The position numbers and the translations under genes were made by a program. DNA of 64,000 nt from NCBI GenBank assembly GCA_033580375.1, contig GCA_033580375.1_4527.1, one strand, 5' to 3'. Of the stretch, positions 18,738-27,956 are shown piece by piece (the stretch's first letter is position 1; each line of letters starts with the position of its first letter). The DNA is from a phage. Under the pieces are notes generated by a model. It was given only the letters and a program-made list of their open reading frames with translations, did not search any database and had not been told where the DNA came from.

Positions 18738-19278
18738 ATAAAAAATCCAAACTAGGTGAATCGCTAACAACTTCCTTCTTTTCAGCCCCAGGAGCTTTAT
18801 AAGCGGATTCTTCATAATGCGTCATTTTATCGTAGATGTCTTGAATAAACGTTTCATCTACCAACGCTACCATATCATCGTCATGACTGTCGTAGACGTT
18901 ATGAACGAAGTAACTATATTTCTTTGCAACTTCCTTACGTTCTTTTTTGATACGTTGGACAAAAGCATTAAAACAAGCTCGAGTTATGTATGCATGTGGG
19001 TTATTGTACTTAGTTTCGTCGAAATTATGAAGTCCCTTAATAGAGGCTTCAATCCCATCTGCAATCATCTCCTGCTTCCAAGACTGGGTATATCCTGAAA
19101 AGTTGAAACGTTTGGACAGGCCTTCGGCGATAAGCATAATTGCTAAACCGATGGTATCATTCTGACGAATAATTTTGTTTGGGTCTTTATTATTTAAGAG
19201 CTCCTTTTTCCACTCGATTATAGCGGCGAGAAGCTCTTTATTATTCACATAGTTATTTTTAGGTTTTTGTTCAGTCAT
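18721..19278 (-). CDS. 55: Late sigma factor gp55, 185 aa
   Basis: [25 protein letters not shown]...[39 protein letters not shown] matches T4 gp55 as recalled; ATG 19276-19278 with AGAGGT SD (ORF track start 19296 is TTG). Confidence 0.9.
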   Translation of the reverse strand: MTEQKPKNNYVNNKELLAAIIEWKKELLNNKDPNKIIRQNDTIGLAIMLIAEGLSKRFNFSGYTQSWKQEMIADGIEASIKGLHNFDETKYNNPHAYITRACFNAFVQRIKKERKEVAKKYSYFVHNVYDSHDDDMVALVDETFIQDIYDKMTHYEESAYKAPGAEKKEVVSDSPSLDFLYEDDN

Positions 19279-19433
19279 AAGTACCTCTTGGCTCAATTCA
19301 TAGGTCTATTATATCATAATATTTAGAGACCTATCTTAAAGCACGAGATACTATCAAAGATACGTAACTTTCATAAAGTTGACGACTTAAAATTCACCAA
19401 ACTTTTCTTCGGTTATAGCAATTCGAGATAGTT

Positions 19434-19661
19434 TCATTCTAATTCCTTCGCTGCAAATAAGGCAGCATCCAACGAATCAAATTGGTCAACGAAATCAATA
19501 TTCAACGCATCGTCAACCGTAGCATATAACCACCATTGTTTGAATTCGTATTCTAGAATAAATCCAGGACCTTCAATCTGAGGAAGACCTAGGCTATTTG
19601 TACCAACTTCGTAACCAGCTAGACGCAGGTCATTAATCAAAGTTTCTGTTAATACGCTCAT
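19434..19661 (-). CDS. Hypothetical protein, 75 aa
   Basis: ORF in operon. Confidence 0.5.
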   Translation of the reverse strand: MSVLTETLINDLRLAGYEVGTNSLGLPQIEGPGFILEYEFKQWWLYATVDDALNIDFVDQFDSLDAALFAAKELE

Positions 19662-19990
19662 TTTACCGCCTTAACAATTTTCAGGTCAACGAATTTTTTC
19701 TTACGTTGATTTTTCATACGACGGATAGTCTTTTCAGAGATTTCATGTTTCTGATAAGCTTTAGATTCAACACCAAATGCAGCAACGTCAAATTCAGAAA
19801 GAATATATTGTACTAGAATTTCGCGAATAGAATTACGTCCAATTTTCTGGTCGTGTTTTTGCATGATTTCATAAAGACGGAATTCCCACGCATCAAGAAC
19901 TTGAGGAGTAACAATATTGCCGGATTCCAGAAGAGCAACAACTTTATCGAAAGCGAAAGAATTAACTACGTTTTTGATTTTAGTAGACAT
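19658..19990 (-). CDS. Hypothetical protein, about 110 aa
   Basis: ATG 19988-19990 with GAGGAAAA SD; ORF track start 20038 lies inside the upstream promoter hairpin. Confidence 0.5.
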   Translation of the reverse strand: MSTKIKNVVNSFAFDKVVALLESGNIVTPQVLDAWEFRLYEIMQKHDQKIGRNSIREILVQYILSEFDVAAFGVESKAYQKHEISEKTIRRMKNQRKKKFVDLKIVKAVK

Positions 19991-20027
19991 ATTATTTTCC
20001 TCGGTTATTTTATTATCCAATGAGAGA

Positions 20028-20056
20028 ATTATACTCATCTCTCAAGAGTTTCTATA
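20028..20056 (-). promoter_or_regulatory. Early promoter in stem-loop (PeSL-like): -10 TATAAT inside GAGAGA...TCTCTC inverted repeat
   Basis: Near-copy of the element at 49798-49826. Confidence 0.45.
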
Positions 20057-20295
20057 CTATTTTTAAGCATGAAAAGTAAGTAATTTGTATCACGTGGAGT
20101 AATATCAACACCCATATCAAAGATGCCTTTATAGATTGGGTATTTGTTTTCGGTTGTATCGAAGCTGAAACTATTTCCATCACATCTAACAGTAATAGCA
20201 TCTGTTAAAATGTCATACTCAATCCTAACAATTGAATCCCCAATTTTAACGTCGAGGTGTTTTTTGAATTTGATAAAATCTAATTCTTCGGCCAC
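20035..20295 (-). CDS. Hypothetical protein, 86 aa
   Basis: ORF. Confidence 0.5.
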   Translation of the reverse strand: MAEELDFIKFKKHLDVKIGDSIVRIEYDILTDAITVRCDGNSFSFDTTENKYPIYKGIFDMGVDITPRDTNYLLFMLKNSIETLER

Positions 20296-20358
20296 GATAT
20301 TTTCCTCATTTTAAGACGATAGGAAGATAATAACATGTCTTCCTATCGTTGTACATTA

Positions 20359-20559
20359 TTAACCGAACTTTTTAGCGCCTTTCCAGCCTTCGTACATAAC
20401 TGCACAAGTCAGTAGTACAGCGTGCTGGCATTCTTTGTATTTGTAAATCCAGAACCAGCGTAAGAAGTCTTCGTCCTCAACACCATTGAGTTTCATATTG
20501 GCAAAGAATTCTGCACGTTCTTCACGAAGTTGCCATGACACAATATTTTCAGGATTCAT
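20359..20559 (-). CDS. Hypothetical protein, 66 aa
   Basis: ORF. Confidence 0.45.
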   Translation of the reverse strand: MNPENIVSWQLREERAEFFANMKLNGVEDEDFLRWFWIYKYKECQHAVLLTCAVMYEGWKGAKKFG

Positions 20560-20691
20560 TTAAATTTTCCAGTTACCGTTTTCATCAATAAATTTAATCC
20601 AGTCATTTACTGACCACTTAGTTGTATCGCCTTTTGGAGCAGAATTTAAAGTGTAGAACCCTTGCTTAAAAAGCCAGCGTTTGATATTCAT
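20560..20691 (-). CDS. Hypothetical protein, about 43 aa
   Basis: ATG 20689-20691 with GAGGAAA SD; ORF track N-terminal extension overlaps upstream gene. Confidence 0.4.
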   Translation of the reverse strand: MNIKRWLFKQGFYTLNSAPKGDTTKWSVNDWIKFIDENGNWKI

Positions 20692-20698
20692 AATTTCC

Positions 20699-20992
20699 TC
20701 AACTGTAACGATAACATTCGTTAGCTTTACGTTTGGCTTCAGTATGAGAAGTATTATAATCATACTCTTCTTTACTGTAAACATCTTTTTTCAACTTACG
20801 AACTTCTTTGCGGAGTTGTCGATTCATTTCATTCTTGACTTCAGAATCAACGCCTTTCATACGTTTCCATTTATCTGAGCGGAAGATGTTTTCAACCATG
20901 TCTTTGTGGCTAACACCGTCAGGAGCTTTACGCTTACCAAAATAGTCGTAATCGCGAACTTTCAAATCTTTACGACGATATGTTTTACCCAT
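20699..20992 (-). CDS. Hypothetical basic protein, about 97 aa
   Basis: ATG 20990-20992 with GAGGT SD. Confidence 0.5.
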   Translation of the reverse strand: MGKTYRRKDLKVRDYDYFGKRKAPDGVSHKDMVENIFRSDKWKRMKGVDSEVKNEMNRQLRKEVRKLKKDVYSKEEYDYNTSHTEAKRKANECYRYS

Positions 20993-20999
20993 AAGTACC

Positions 21000-21248
21000 T
21001 CAGAGGTTGATTGATACAATGCGTTTGATAAAATTCACTTCACTTACTGAAAGGTCTTTAAGACCGATTGATTCTAAACGCTGAGTAAGCGTCAACATTG
21101 GGATATAGTCCCAATGAGTTTTATTTGCTTGATAAGTACGAACGTCATTAGCAATTTCAACATGCAAATCGGAAATGGTAATGAATACCTGATGCTCGTC
21201 ATTAACTTTAAGGGTTAGAACAACCTTCTTTGAATCTAAACTAATCAT
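21000..21248 (-). CDS. Hypothetical protein, 82 aa
   Basis: ATG verified, ATGA overlap with upstream stop. Confidence 0.55.
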   Translation of the reverse strand: MISLDSKKVVLTLKVNDEHQVFITISDLHVEIANDVRTYQANKTHWDYIPMLTLTQRLESIGLKDLSVSEVNFIKRIVSINL

Positions 21249-21427
21249 GGCTTAATTTCCTTCGCAATTGAACAGAAGATACTACGGTCACAAAGCATTT
21301 CACCAATTTCTGGATATTTGATTGAACGGTACCAAACATCCAGGCTTGAAACTCTGGTTATCTGTACTGCGTTACCGTTGACAGAATAGTACTGCTCAAC
21401 CTTAATTTCTTTATCTTCAATTGTCAT
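21245..21427 (-). CDS. Hypothetical protein, about 60 aa
   Basis: ATG 21425-21427 with GAGGAAAA SD; ORF track N-terminal extension looks non-coding. Confidence 0.4.
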   Translation of the reverse strand: MTIEDKEIKVEQYYSVNGNAVQITRVSSLDVWYRSIKYPEIGEMLCDRSIFCSIAKEIKP

Positions 21428-21593
21428 TTTGTTTTCCTCTATAGCAGTTGGTTTAATCTTAACACATCTATCGAGGATGTAAACTGTTTTATGAAAAATA
21501 TTTTTGATTTGAGAGGGGCACAAGGAGATAGTGAAGTGAAGATTCCAATGGATTATATTAGAAATAGGATAAAGAAGACCAGGCGGCACCTGG

Positions 21594-21914
21594 TCAATCT
21601 TCTATGATATCAGAGTCGTATCCTAATGAAATCAAGGACTTTTTAAACTCTGCAATATTCTTTTGTTTCTTATCATTTAAAAATATGACAGGATAACGAA
21701 TATTAAGTGAAGTGAATCCTGCACGTTTAGCAAGAGATACGATTAAAGGACGGTCGTATTCAATCTTACCATTATTAGTGAGGACTTTATAAAATGTATA
21801 AGGAACATTGAGCTCCTTTAAAAGTTTTGTAACAGTATAACATCCTGGACAACGTCCAACTTCTTCAGGGATGCCATAAATTTCAATCTTGTTCTTTAAG
21901 TTCGAGTTTTGTTC
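21594..21914 (-). CDS. nrdH: Glutaredoxin-like protein (NrdH-like), about 106 aa
   Basis: CPGCY redox motif; candidate GTG start with AAGGA SD (no in-frame ATG near the conserved N-terminus); upstream of nrdG-nrdD. Confidence 0.6.
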   Translation of the reverse strand, partial: EQNSNLKNKIEIYGIPEEVGRCPGCYTVTKLLKELNVPYTFYKVLTNNGKIEYDRPLIVSLAKRAGFTSLNIRYPVIFLNDKKQKNIAEFKKSLISLGYDSDIIED

Positions 21915-22200
21915 CACGAGAAATAATTCCTTGGTAAGCCCAATAAGGAGGATTAACAGAATCCTCACCCGAGTTTTCTTCAGGAAAATAAACCTGGATA
22001 ACGAAGCCGGATTCATCAAATGTAAAATAAACTGTAGGCAGTTCACCTAACAATTCGGCGCGAGCATTAATTTCTTCGAGATCTCGTTCACGTCCAGCCC
22101 AAAAACTAGGATTTAGATTACATTCGTAAAAATAATAGTCATTACCGAACATATCAAACCCATTCCAACTCTCTACCACGTACCGCTCAAAACTAATCAT
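21883..22200 (-). CDS. Hypothetical protein, 105 aa
   Basis: ORF. Confidence 0.5.
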   Translation of the reverse strand: MISFERYVVESWNGFDMFGNDYYFYECNLNPSFWAGRERDLEEINARAELLGELPTVYFTFDESGFVIQVYFPEENSGEDSVNPPYWAYQGIISRGTKLELKEQD

Positions 22201-22202
22201 AA

Positions 22203-22418
22203 TTAAGCCTTTTTATCAAGAACAGAATTCAGTTTGTTAGTAATTTTATCCAGACGCTCATTGAACTCATTAGAAGATAAGCCCTTTTCTGGAGAAATTA
22301 AACTAATCACGAAAAATACACCAGTAAAAGGAATAAGAAAAATAGCTCCAACTGCCATAAACAAAAAGAACGTTACAGTTGTAAGAAAATCAGCTAAACC
22401 TTTACGAAATTTATACAT
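22203..22418 (-). CDS. Hypothetical membrane protein, 71 aa
   Basis: Hydrophobic segment LTTVTFFLFMAVGAIFLIPFTGVFFVISLI. Confidence 0.5.
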   Translation of the reverse strand: MYKFRKGLADFLTTVTFFLFMAVGAIFLIPFTGVFFVISLISPEKGLSSNEFNERLDKITNKLNSVLDKKA

Positions 22419-22532
22419 ATTTACCCTTAATTAATTAACCAAGCATTGATAAGCACTAAACTATATTGCGAATAAAATTCTGGACCAAAATGAAAAATCA
22501 TATCATTTATAGTATCCATAATGTAGTTCAAT

Positions 22533-23003
22533 TTAATCATGTTTCCACACCCCATCGGTATTTGACCAAAGTCGCTGATTATCTGATCCTCGCCATAGCT
22601 TTTTGGTCGGAAGATTTTTCTCATACTTCCCATCAATAATAACATCAACATATTTAAGCATTTCTAGCTGTTTAATATCTTCAAACTTATATCCTGTCCA
22701 CAACCAAATGCTTTTATTGGGATAAAGATTTTTAATAGTTTGAACCACAGAATGAATAACATCTCGGTTGTCAGGATAGAGAGGGTCTCCTCCAGATATA
22801 GTTAATCCTTCTATATAATCATTATTCAAACATTCAATTAATTGTTCTAGTGTCTCTCCGGTGAATGGAGCACCATTTCTAGCGTTCCATGTTGATTTAT
22901 TATAACACCCTTCACATTTATGCAAACACCCTGTAACGAAAAGAACGACCCTACAACCAGGGCCATTAACAAAATCGCAAGGATAAAATCTATCATAATT
23001 CAT
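22533..23003 (-). CDS. nrdG: Anaerobic ribonucleotide reductase activating enzyme NrdG (radical SAM), 156 aa
   Basis: CxxxCxxC cluster (GCLHKCEGC); ATGA overlap with nrdD stop. Confidence 0.9.
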   Translation of the reverse strand: MNYDRFYPCDFVNGPGCRVVLFVTGCLHKCEGCYNKSTWNARNGAPFTGETLEQLIECLNNDYIEGLTISGGDPLYPDNRDVIHSVVQTIKNLYPNKSIWLWTGYKFEDIKQLEMLKYVDVIIDGKYEKNLPTKKLWRGSDNQRLWSNTDGVWKHD

Positions 23004-24817
23004 TGGTGTTTAACCCTATGCATGATTTCTTTATTTTTACCGAGATTAAATCCGCGTTCGTTCGGATTTCCAAGATAACCGCATGTTCTTCTTATGGTGT
23101 TCATCTTTTTAGGATCAGTTTCTCCGCAAACTGAACAAACAAATCCATTTTCAGTAGGAGTCATTTCATGAGTACTTCCACATGTAAAACATTTATCTAC
23201 TGGCATATTAACACCAAAATAATCTAAATGTTGTGCAGCATAATCCCAGACAGCCTCAAGTCCCTTTAAATTGTTTTTCATATCAGGAAGTTCAACATAA
23301 GAAATGTGACCACCTGTCGCAATGAAATGATATGGCGCTTCACGAGAAATCTTTTCAAACGGAGTAATATTTTCTTCTACTGAAACGTGGAAACTATTAG
23401 TGTACCAGCCTTTATCGGTAACATCTTTTACACTTCCGTATTTTTCTGTATCAAGTTTACAGAAGCGATAACAAAGGTTTTCAGCAGGAGTCGAATATAA
23501 ACTAAAAGCAAATCCAGTTCTTTCAGTCCACTGTTTAAGATGAGCATTCATTTTAGTTAAAATTTCTTGCCCAATATCACGACCGACAAGAATATTCAAT
23601 TCGTGAATACCAATGTATCCCAAAGACACTGAACTTCTACCGTTTTTAAATAACTCAATTATGTCGTCATCTGGTTTAAGACGAACCCCGAATGCACCTT
23701 CTTGGTAAAGAATAGGAGCAACAGTCGCTTTAACTCCTTTTAAGGAACTAATTCTACACATCAAAGCTTCAAAACATAAATCCATTCGTTCATTGAATAA
23801 TTCAACAAATTTCTGTTCATTGAACTGTGTTCCAATATAAGAATCTAATGCGATACGAGGAAGATTCAGCGTTACAACACCGAGATTATTACGCCCATCA
23901 AGAATTTCATTACTGGTTGAATCTTTCCATACGCTCAAGAAACTACGGCAACCCATTGGAGAAACTGGAACTGAAGAACCGGTAATAACTTTGTTATTCT
24001 TAACCGAAATGATGTCAGGATACATTCTTTTGCTTGCACATTCTAACGCAAGCTGCTTAATATCATAGTTCGGGTCGTCTTTATAAAGATTAACACCTTC
24101 TTCAATGAACATAACAAGTTTAGGGAAAATAGGAGTTATTCCATCACGACCAAGACCTTTAATCCGATTTTTCAGAATTGCTTTCTGAATCATTCGTTCA
24201 GTCCAATCGGTTCCCGTACCAAATGTAATTGTTACAAAAGGCGTTTGTCCATTTGAACTAAAGAGAGTATTTACTTCATATTCATAAGCTTGGAATGCAT
24301 CGTATACGTCTTTTTCTGTTTTAGATTGAGCATAATTCAACGCATCAGCGATTTGCCATTTTTCTGCATCCTCAATATGTTTTGCATAGGTGCGTTTAAC
24401 ATAAGGAGAAAGTACTTTATCTACATTAGCAAAAGTCGTTCCGCCGTATTGATGTGAAGCAACTTGTGCAGTAATTTGTGCCATAATTGCAGTAGCAACA
24501 CCAATCGATTTAGGCGTTTCAATTTGAGCATTGCCTAATTTAAAACCATTCTCAAGCATCCCCTTTAAATCGACTAAACAGCAATTGGTAAACGGAAGAG
24601 CAGGAGAATAATCAATATCATGCATATGAATGATTCCGCTTTCATGCGCATTCATAATAAAAGACGGGACCATATTTTTGGCAATGTGCTTAGACACAAT
24701 ACCAGCCATAAGGTCCCGTTGAGTTGGAAAAACACGAGAATCTTTATTAGCATTCTCGTTCAAAAGATCTTTATTAGTTTTATAAATTAATCCTTCAATT
24801 TCTTTTTCAATTTTCAT
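23000..24817 (-). CDS. nrdD: Anaerobic ribonucleoside-triphosphate reductase NrdD, 605 aa
   Basis: C-terminal glycyl-radical motif RRTCGYLG and Zn-ribbon CxxC...CxxC; uninterrupted ORF (no intron). Confidence 0.95.
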   Translation of the reverse strand: MKIEKEIEGLIYKTNKDLLNENANKDSRVFPTQRDLMAGIVSKHIAKNMVPSFIMNAHESGIIHMHDIDYSPALPFTNCCLVDLKGMLENGFKLGNAQIETPKSIGVATAIMAQITAQVASHQYGGTTFANVDKVLSPYVKRTYAKHIEDAEKWQIADALNYAQSKTEKDVYDAFQAYEYEVNTLFSSNGQTPFVTITFGTGTDWTERMIQKAILKNRIKGLGRDGITPIFPKLVMFIEEGVNLYKDDPNYDIKQLALECASKRMYPDIISVKNNKVITGSSVPVSPMGCRSFLSVWKDSTSNEILDGRNNLGVVTLNLPRIALDSYIGTQFNEQKFVELFNERMDLCFEALMCRISSLKGVKATVAPILYQEGAFGVRLKPDDDIIELFKNGRSSVSLGYIGIHELNILVGRDIGQEILTKMNAHLKQWTERTGFAFSLYSTPAENLCYRFCKLDTEKYGSVKDVTDKGWYTNSFHVSVEENITPFEKISREAPYHFIATGGHISYVELPDMKNNLKGLEAVWDYAAQHLDYFGVNMPVDKCFTCGSTHEMTPTENGFVCSVCGETDPKKMNTIRRTCGYLGNPNERGFNLGKNKEIMHRVKHQ

Positions 24818-25287
24818 TTTAAACTCTTTCTAAGCTGCTTTTTGAATGAAGCTATTAATTGTGTTTTAGTATCAGATTCATTATATTCAAATCCTCTTTG
24901 AAGCATCTCAGCCATCATTTCCTCTTTACCTAGTCTTGAGAACTCTTTAGTTTTGTCTGGAACAAAATTAGGATGTATATTATTATCAGAATAATCTTGT
25001 TTCAAATAAGCAAGAAGAGCTTCAAGCCATTCGAGGTAGTCGACATCACGACCTTTAAGACCAGAACGGTTGAACTTATGCTTCATTTGGCCTTCTGCTG
25101 CGTTGCACAGAGAACAGAGTAACCCACGAACTCTACCGGCTTTTGGCCCGTTTAATTCATGGTCGTGGTCAAGATGGTTACCTTGAACATCAGAGTCTAA
25201 TTCACGGTGGCAAATAGGACACTTACCGTTCTGTGCATCATAAAATTTTTGTTTTTCTTCTTTATATTTTGCGCCTGATAATAACAT
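24814..25287 (-). CDS. 49: Endonuclease VII (Holliday junction resolvase) gp49, 157 aa
   Basis: MLLSGAKYKEEKQKFYDAQNGKCPICHRELD...HLDHDHELNGPKAGRVRGLLCSLCNAAEG matches T4 endo VII as recalled. Confidence 0.92.
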   Translation of the reverse strand: MLLSGAKYKEEKQKFYDAQNGKCPICHRELDSDVQGNHLDHDHELNGPKAGRVRGLLCSLCNAAEGQMKHKFNRSGLKGRDVDYLEWLEALLAYLKQDYSDNNIHPNFVPDKTKEFSRLGKEEMMAEMLQRGFEYNESDTKTQLIASFKKQLRKSLK

Positions 25288-25316
25288 GATAAACCCTTAC
25301 CTTAAATAGATAAGGG

Positions 25317-25324
25317 TATTTATA
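25317..25324 (-). promoter_or_regulatory. Late promoter TATAAATA upstream of gene 49
   Basis: Exact TATAAATA on minus strand about 30 nt upstream of the 49 ATG; T4 gene 49 is known to have a late promoter. Confidence 0.55.
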
Positions 25325-25326
25325 AT

Positions 25327-25524
25327 TTAGTAAACTTTATAAAAGTTACGATGAGAACGTTTAGCTTTGCGAAGCTGACGTTTAGTAGGACGAACTGTAA
25401 ATGGTTGTCCAGAGAAAAAATTCGGATCGGTTTTAATAAGCAAATACCAATCATGCTTGCCATTTTTTAATAAACGGTACAATAATTTAACTTGCATAAT
25501 AATCTCTTCCCATTTCCATATCAA
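25327..25524 (-). CDS. Hypothetical basic protein, 65 aa
   Basis: ORF. Confidence 0.45.
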   Translation of the reverse strand: MIWKWEEIIMQVKLLYRLLKNGKHDWYLLIKTDPNFFSGQPFTVRPTKRQLRKAKRSHRNFYKVY

Positions 25525-25625
25525 TTAATTCATTTATTGAAGGTTCATCATAACACGGTTCTTCGTCGTTGTAAACAGTTTCGACGTCTGGCTCGACAGT
25601 CTCCCATCGAGCAGAATACCACGGT

Positions 25626-25982
25626 TTAACCCCGGAGTTTATTGAGCTCTTCATAATCAATCCAGGATTCTAGTCCGGATGGCAGGTCACATTCAATGTT
25701 CCACAGAAGCTCTTCAATGGCTTGCAGGCGATTATATTCTTCAACGGTAATGGTAACCATTGGTGCAACCGGTTCTGCCTTTTTAACCATCATATCGTTC
25801 ATCAGGACGTAAAGGTCATCACGAACGACAGTGTCGTTCCAACCCCATGATTTGGCTTCGTAAGCTAATGATGAAGGGAGCACATTTAAAACTTCAATAA
25901 TAGTTGGAGCATCAGGACCAAGTTCATTGGCACAAACTTCGTATACATCTTGGAAATCTTTAAGATTTAATGAATATGTCAT
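25626..25982 (-). CDS. Hypothetical protein, 118 aa
   Basis: ORF, ATGA overlap with nrdC stop. Confidence 0.55.
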   Translation of the reverse strand: MTYSLNLKDFQDVYEVCANELGPDAPTIIEVLNVLPSSLAYEAKSWGWNDTVVRDDLYVLMNDMMVKKAEPVAPMVTITVEEYNRLQAIEELLWNIECDLPSGLESWIDYEELNKLRG

Positions 25983-26242
25983 TTAAAATATTCTCGTAGT
26001 TGGTCAAAGCCACCGATCGAAGTTCCATCAGGAGCAAACACCTGAGGCATAGTCAATCCAACTTGTGATTCACGTCCAAGCTTAACCAGAAGCTCAGCAA
26101 TTTTCTCATCATCGAACACACCTTTTTCTGGCATCACGTTAATGAATTCGAACGGCTGTTTCTTAACAGTCAGCAATCGTTTCGCATTATCACAATAAAT
26201 GCATTTATGAATAGTAGAGTCATACCCGTACACTTTAAACAT
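25979..26242 (-). CDS. nrdC: Thioredoxin/glutaredoxin NrdC, 87 aa
   Basis: MFKVYGYDSTIHKCIYCDNAKRLL... matches T4 NrdC as recalled (CxxC); ORF track start 26260 adds 6 codons. Confidence 0.85.
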   Translation of the reverse strand: MFKVYGYDSTIHKCIYCDNAKRLLTVKKQPFEFINVMPEKGVFDDEKIAELLVKLGRESQVGLTMPQVFAPDGTSIGGFDQLREYFK

Positions 26243-26648
26243 TATTTTTCCTTTCGTCAATTAAGCAATTAACACCCAATACAATACATGTAATAAAACC
26301 TGTGATACCGATAGAAAACATCAACACTGTACCAAAGAACCAAATGATGTTATCTCGAGTATTTTGCTGAATATCCATCTCACGAATTTCTATAGCTATA
26401 GTATCACCTTTATTCAGAAGCGTATAAAACGATGGTGATACATGCCTGTCAAAAACTCGTCCTTGCTCATCTTTATAGACTGCAATAAATTCTAATTTAG
26501 AATATTTTCCTGTAGATTGGCCTGAGATTAATTCCACTACCTCCACAGGAATTACTTTAGTTTCCATATAAGTATTCTGGCTGTTCCAAATGAATGGAAT
26601 AACAGCAAAAACTAAAGCTGCGATAAAACAACGAAGGCTATATCTCAT
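26235..26648 (-). CDS. Hypothetical membrane protein, 137 aa
   Basis: Two hydrophobic segments; TAATG overlap with upstream stop. Confidence 0.55.
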   Translation of the reverse strand: MRYSLRCFIAALVFAVIPFIWNSQNTYMETKVIPVEVVELISGQSTGKYSKLEFIAVYKDEQGRVFDRHVSPSFYTLLNKGDTIAIEIREMDIQQNTRDNIIWFFGTVLMFSIGITGFITCIVLGVNCLIDERKNNV

Positions 26649-26953
26649 TATAATGTTCTCTCAAATTTGTGGAAGCATTTACGGCATTTCAATTTCAAGT
26701 TATCAGTGGTCCAGTTAACCAATTGGACTTGGATAGTTCCACATTCCGGACATGGATGTTTTGCTGCCGATTTGGCAGCATTTTCACGTCGTTCAACCAT
26801 TTTCATTATTTCGTTCCATGCCGGAGGAACGAACTCTTCTTCACCATGGATTTTATCTCGCTGAACAAATTCAATCTTTGAACTATCATCAATAAACTTA
26901 ACTAAGCCATGATTAGTGTTCATATCAATATCCTCTAGAAGACGTAGGTTCAT
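26648..26953 (-). CDS. Hypothetical Zn-ribbon protein, 101 aa
   Basis: CPECG...CRKC C-terminal pair. Confidence 0.55.
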   Translation of the reverse strand: MNLRLLEDIDMNTNHGLVKFIDDSSKIEFVQRDKIHGEEEFVPPAWNEIMKMVERRENAAKSAAKHPCPECGTIQVQLVNWTTDNLKLKCRKCFHKFERTL

Positions 26954-27894
26954 TATAACACCTCAATGGCATTTCGTAAACCGTCCGCTTTCGCATTCAG
27001 AGCTTTTAACGATTTAGTCTGTTCTTTAATCTGAGCTTCGACTTCTTTCAGACGAGATTTGAGATATTCACGTTCTTCGCTCAGGTTATCAACCTTTTCA
27101 ACTTTAGGTTCTTTAGGCTTATACTCGTTAGGATTCTTCAGTTTAATTCGAATTCGAGAACTGAATAACATTGAACCGTTATCTTCGGTTTCGTCGAACA
27201 TTTCAACAACATCCATAGTCTGTAACATCACGCAGAGTTTATAAGACAACGAACGAATAGTTTTGTTGTGCTTATTAATTTCTTCGGCTTTCATGGTACC
27301 GAGATTACGTGAGTAGTAATAAGGAACCTGGATATCAATTGATAATGATGCGTTACCATTACCAGTTGGTTTGAATACTGCAGTAACCCAATCTTTAACA
27401 TGAACTTTATTTGTACGACCATCACCGCCTGTGAATAATTTACGAGAATGTTTAAAAAGCATATTCACTTGTTTATTGAATTCACAAGCAAATTTATCAG
27501 CAAATTTAGTTTCAGGAATGGTAGATAACCAATCAGCCAAATGAGTCTTTTTAACATCATTAACAATAGTGAATTCAACCAAATCGGTTTTAGATGTCAC
27601 AGATTTAATAAAGCTCGGTTTCATAAAGTTTTTAATGTTATCACGAGCTACAGTAGAAGATAATAAACGAGAACGTTTGAACCATTGAAGCAGCGTCCCT
27701 AATGAATGAGAATACGCATTCTGAGTATCTTTACAGATATGATTTTCTTGGCCTGTGTATGTACCAAAATCTCGAAGAATACCACTTACTACATCTCGGT
27801 GTGGAACATCAAATCCTAGTGCACCAGAAGCGCGCTGAGCATGAACGTTAGCGATAAGACCGGCAAAGTATTCAATGTAATGTGAACGCGTCAT
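26953..27894 (-). CDS. Hypothetical protein with C-terminal coiled coil, 313 aa
   Basis: Intact ORF; heptad-rich tail LKSRLKEVEAQIKEQTKSLKALNAKADGLRNAIEVL. Confidence 0.65.
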   Translation of the reverse strand: MTRSHYIEYFAGLIANVHAQRASGALGFDVPHRDVVSGILRDFGTYTGQENHICKDTQNAYSHSLGTLLQWFKRSRLLSSTVARDNIKNFMKPSFIKSVTSKTDLVEFTIVNDVKKTHLADWLSTIPETKFADKFACEFNKQVNMLFKHSRKLFTGGDGRTNKVHVKDWVTAVFKPTGNGNASLSIDIQVPYYYSRNLGTMKAEEINKHNKTIRSLSYKLCVMLQTMDVVEMFDETEDNGSMLFSSRIRIKLKNPNEYKPKEPKVEKVDNLSEEREYLKSRLKEVEAQIKEQTKSLKALNAKADGLRNAIEVL

Positions 27895-27922
27895 AATATT
27901 TTCCTCTCGTTAAGATAGAAAG

Positions 27923-27952
27923 ATTATACTCCAACCATCCTTGGTTGTAAAC
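27923..27952 (-). promoter_or_regulatory. Early promoter (TTTACA-17-TATAAT) containing CAACCA/TGGTTG hairpin
   Basis: Minus strand tcaGTTTACAaccaaggatggttggagTATAATctt; 27-bp core identical to 28944-28970. Confidence 0.6.
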
Positions 27953-27956
27953 TGAT

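Noticed and set aside
18522-18815. Full-length 97-aa ORF overlapping the gp55 3-prime end by 95 nt
   Set aside because: The overlap is improbably long and the N-terminal part looks non-coding; shortened to an internal ATG (18737), still uncertain
19290-19345. MotA box TGCTTTA (minus sense) upstream of gene 55
   Set aside because: No TAnnnT -10 at the required 11-13 bp spacing, so not called as a middle promoter; an inverted repeat is present but its function is unclear
23000-24817. Group I intron or homing endonuclease in nrdD, as in T4
   Set aside because: nrdD is a single continuous 605-aa ORF with all conserved C-terminal motifs; no GIY-YIG or HNH ORF seen nearby
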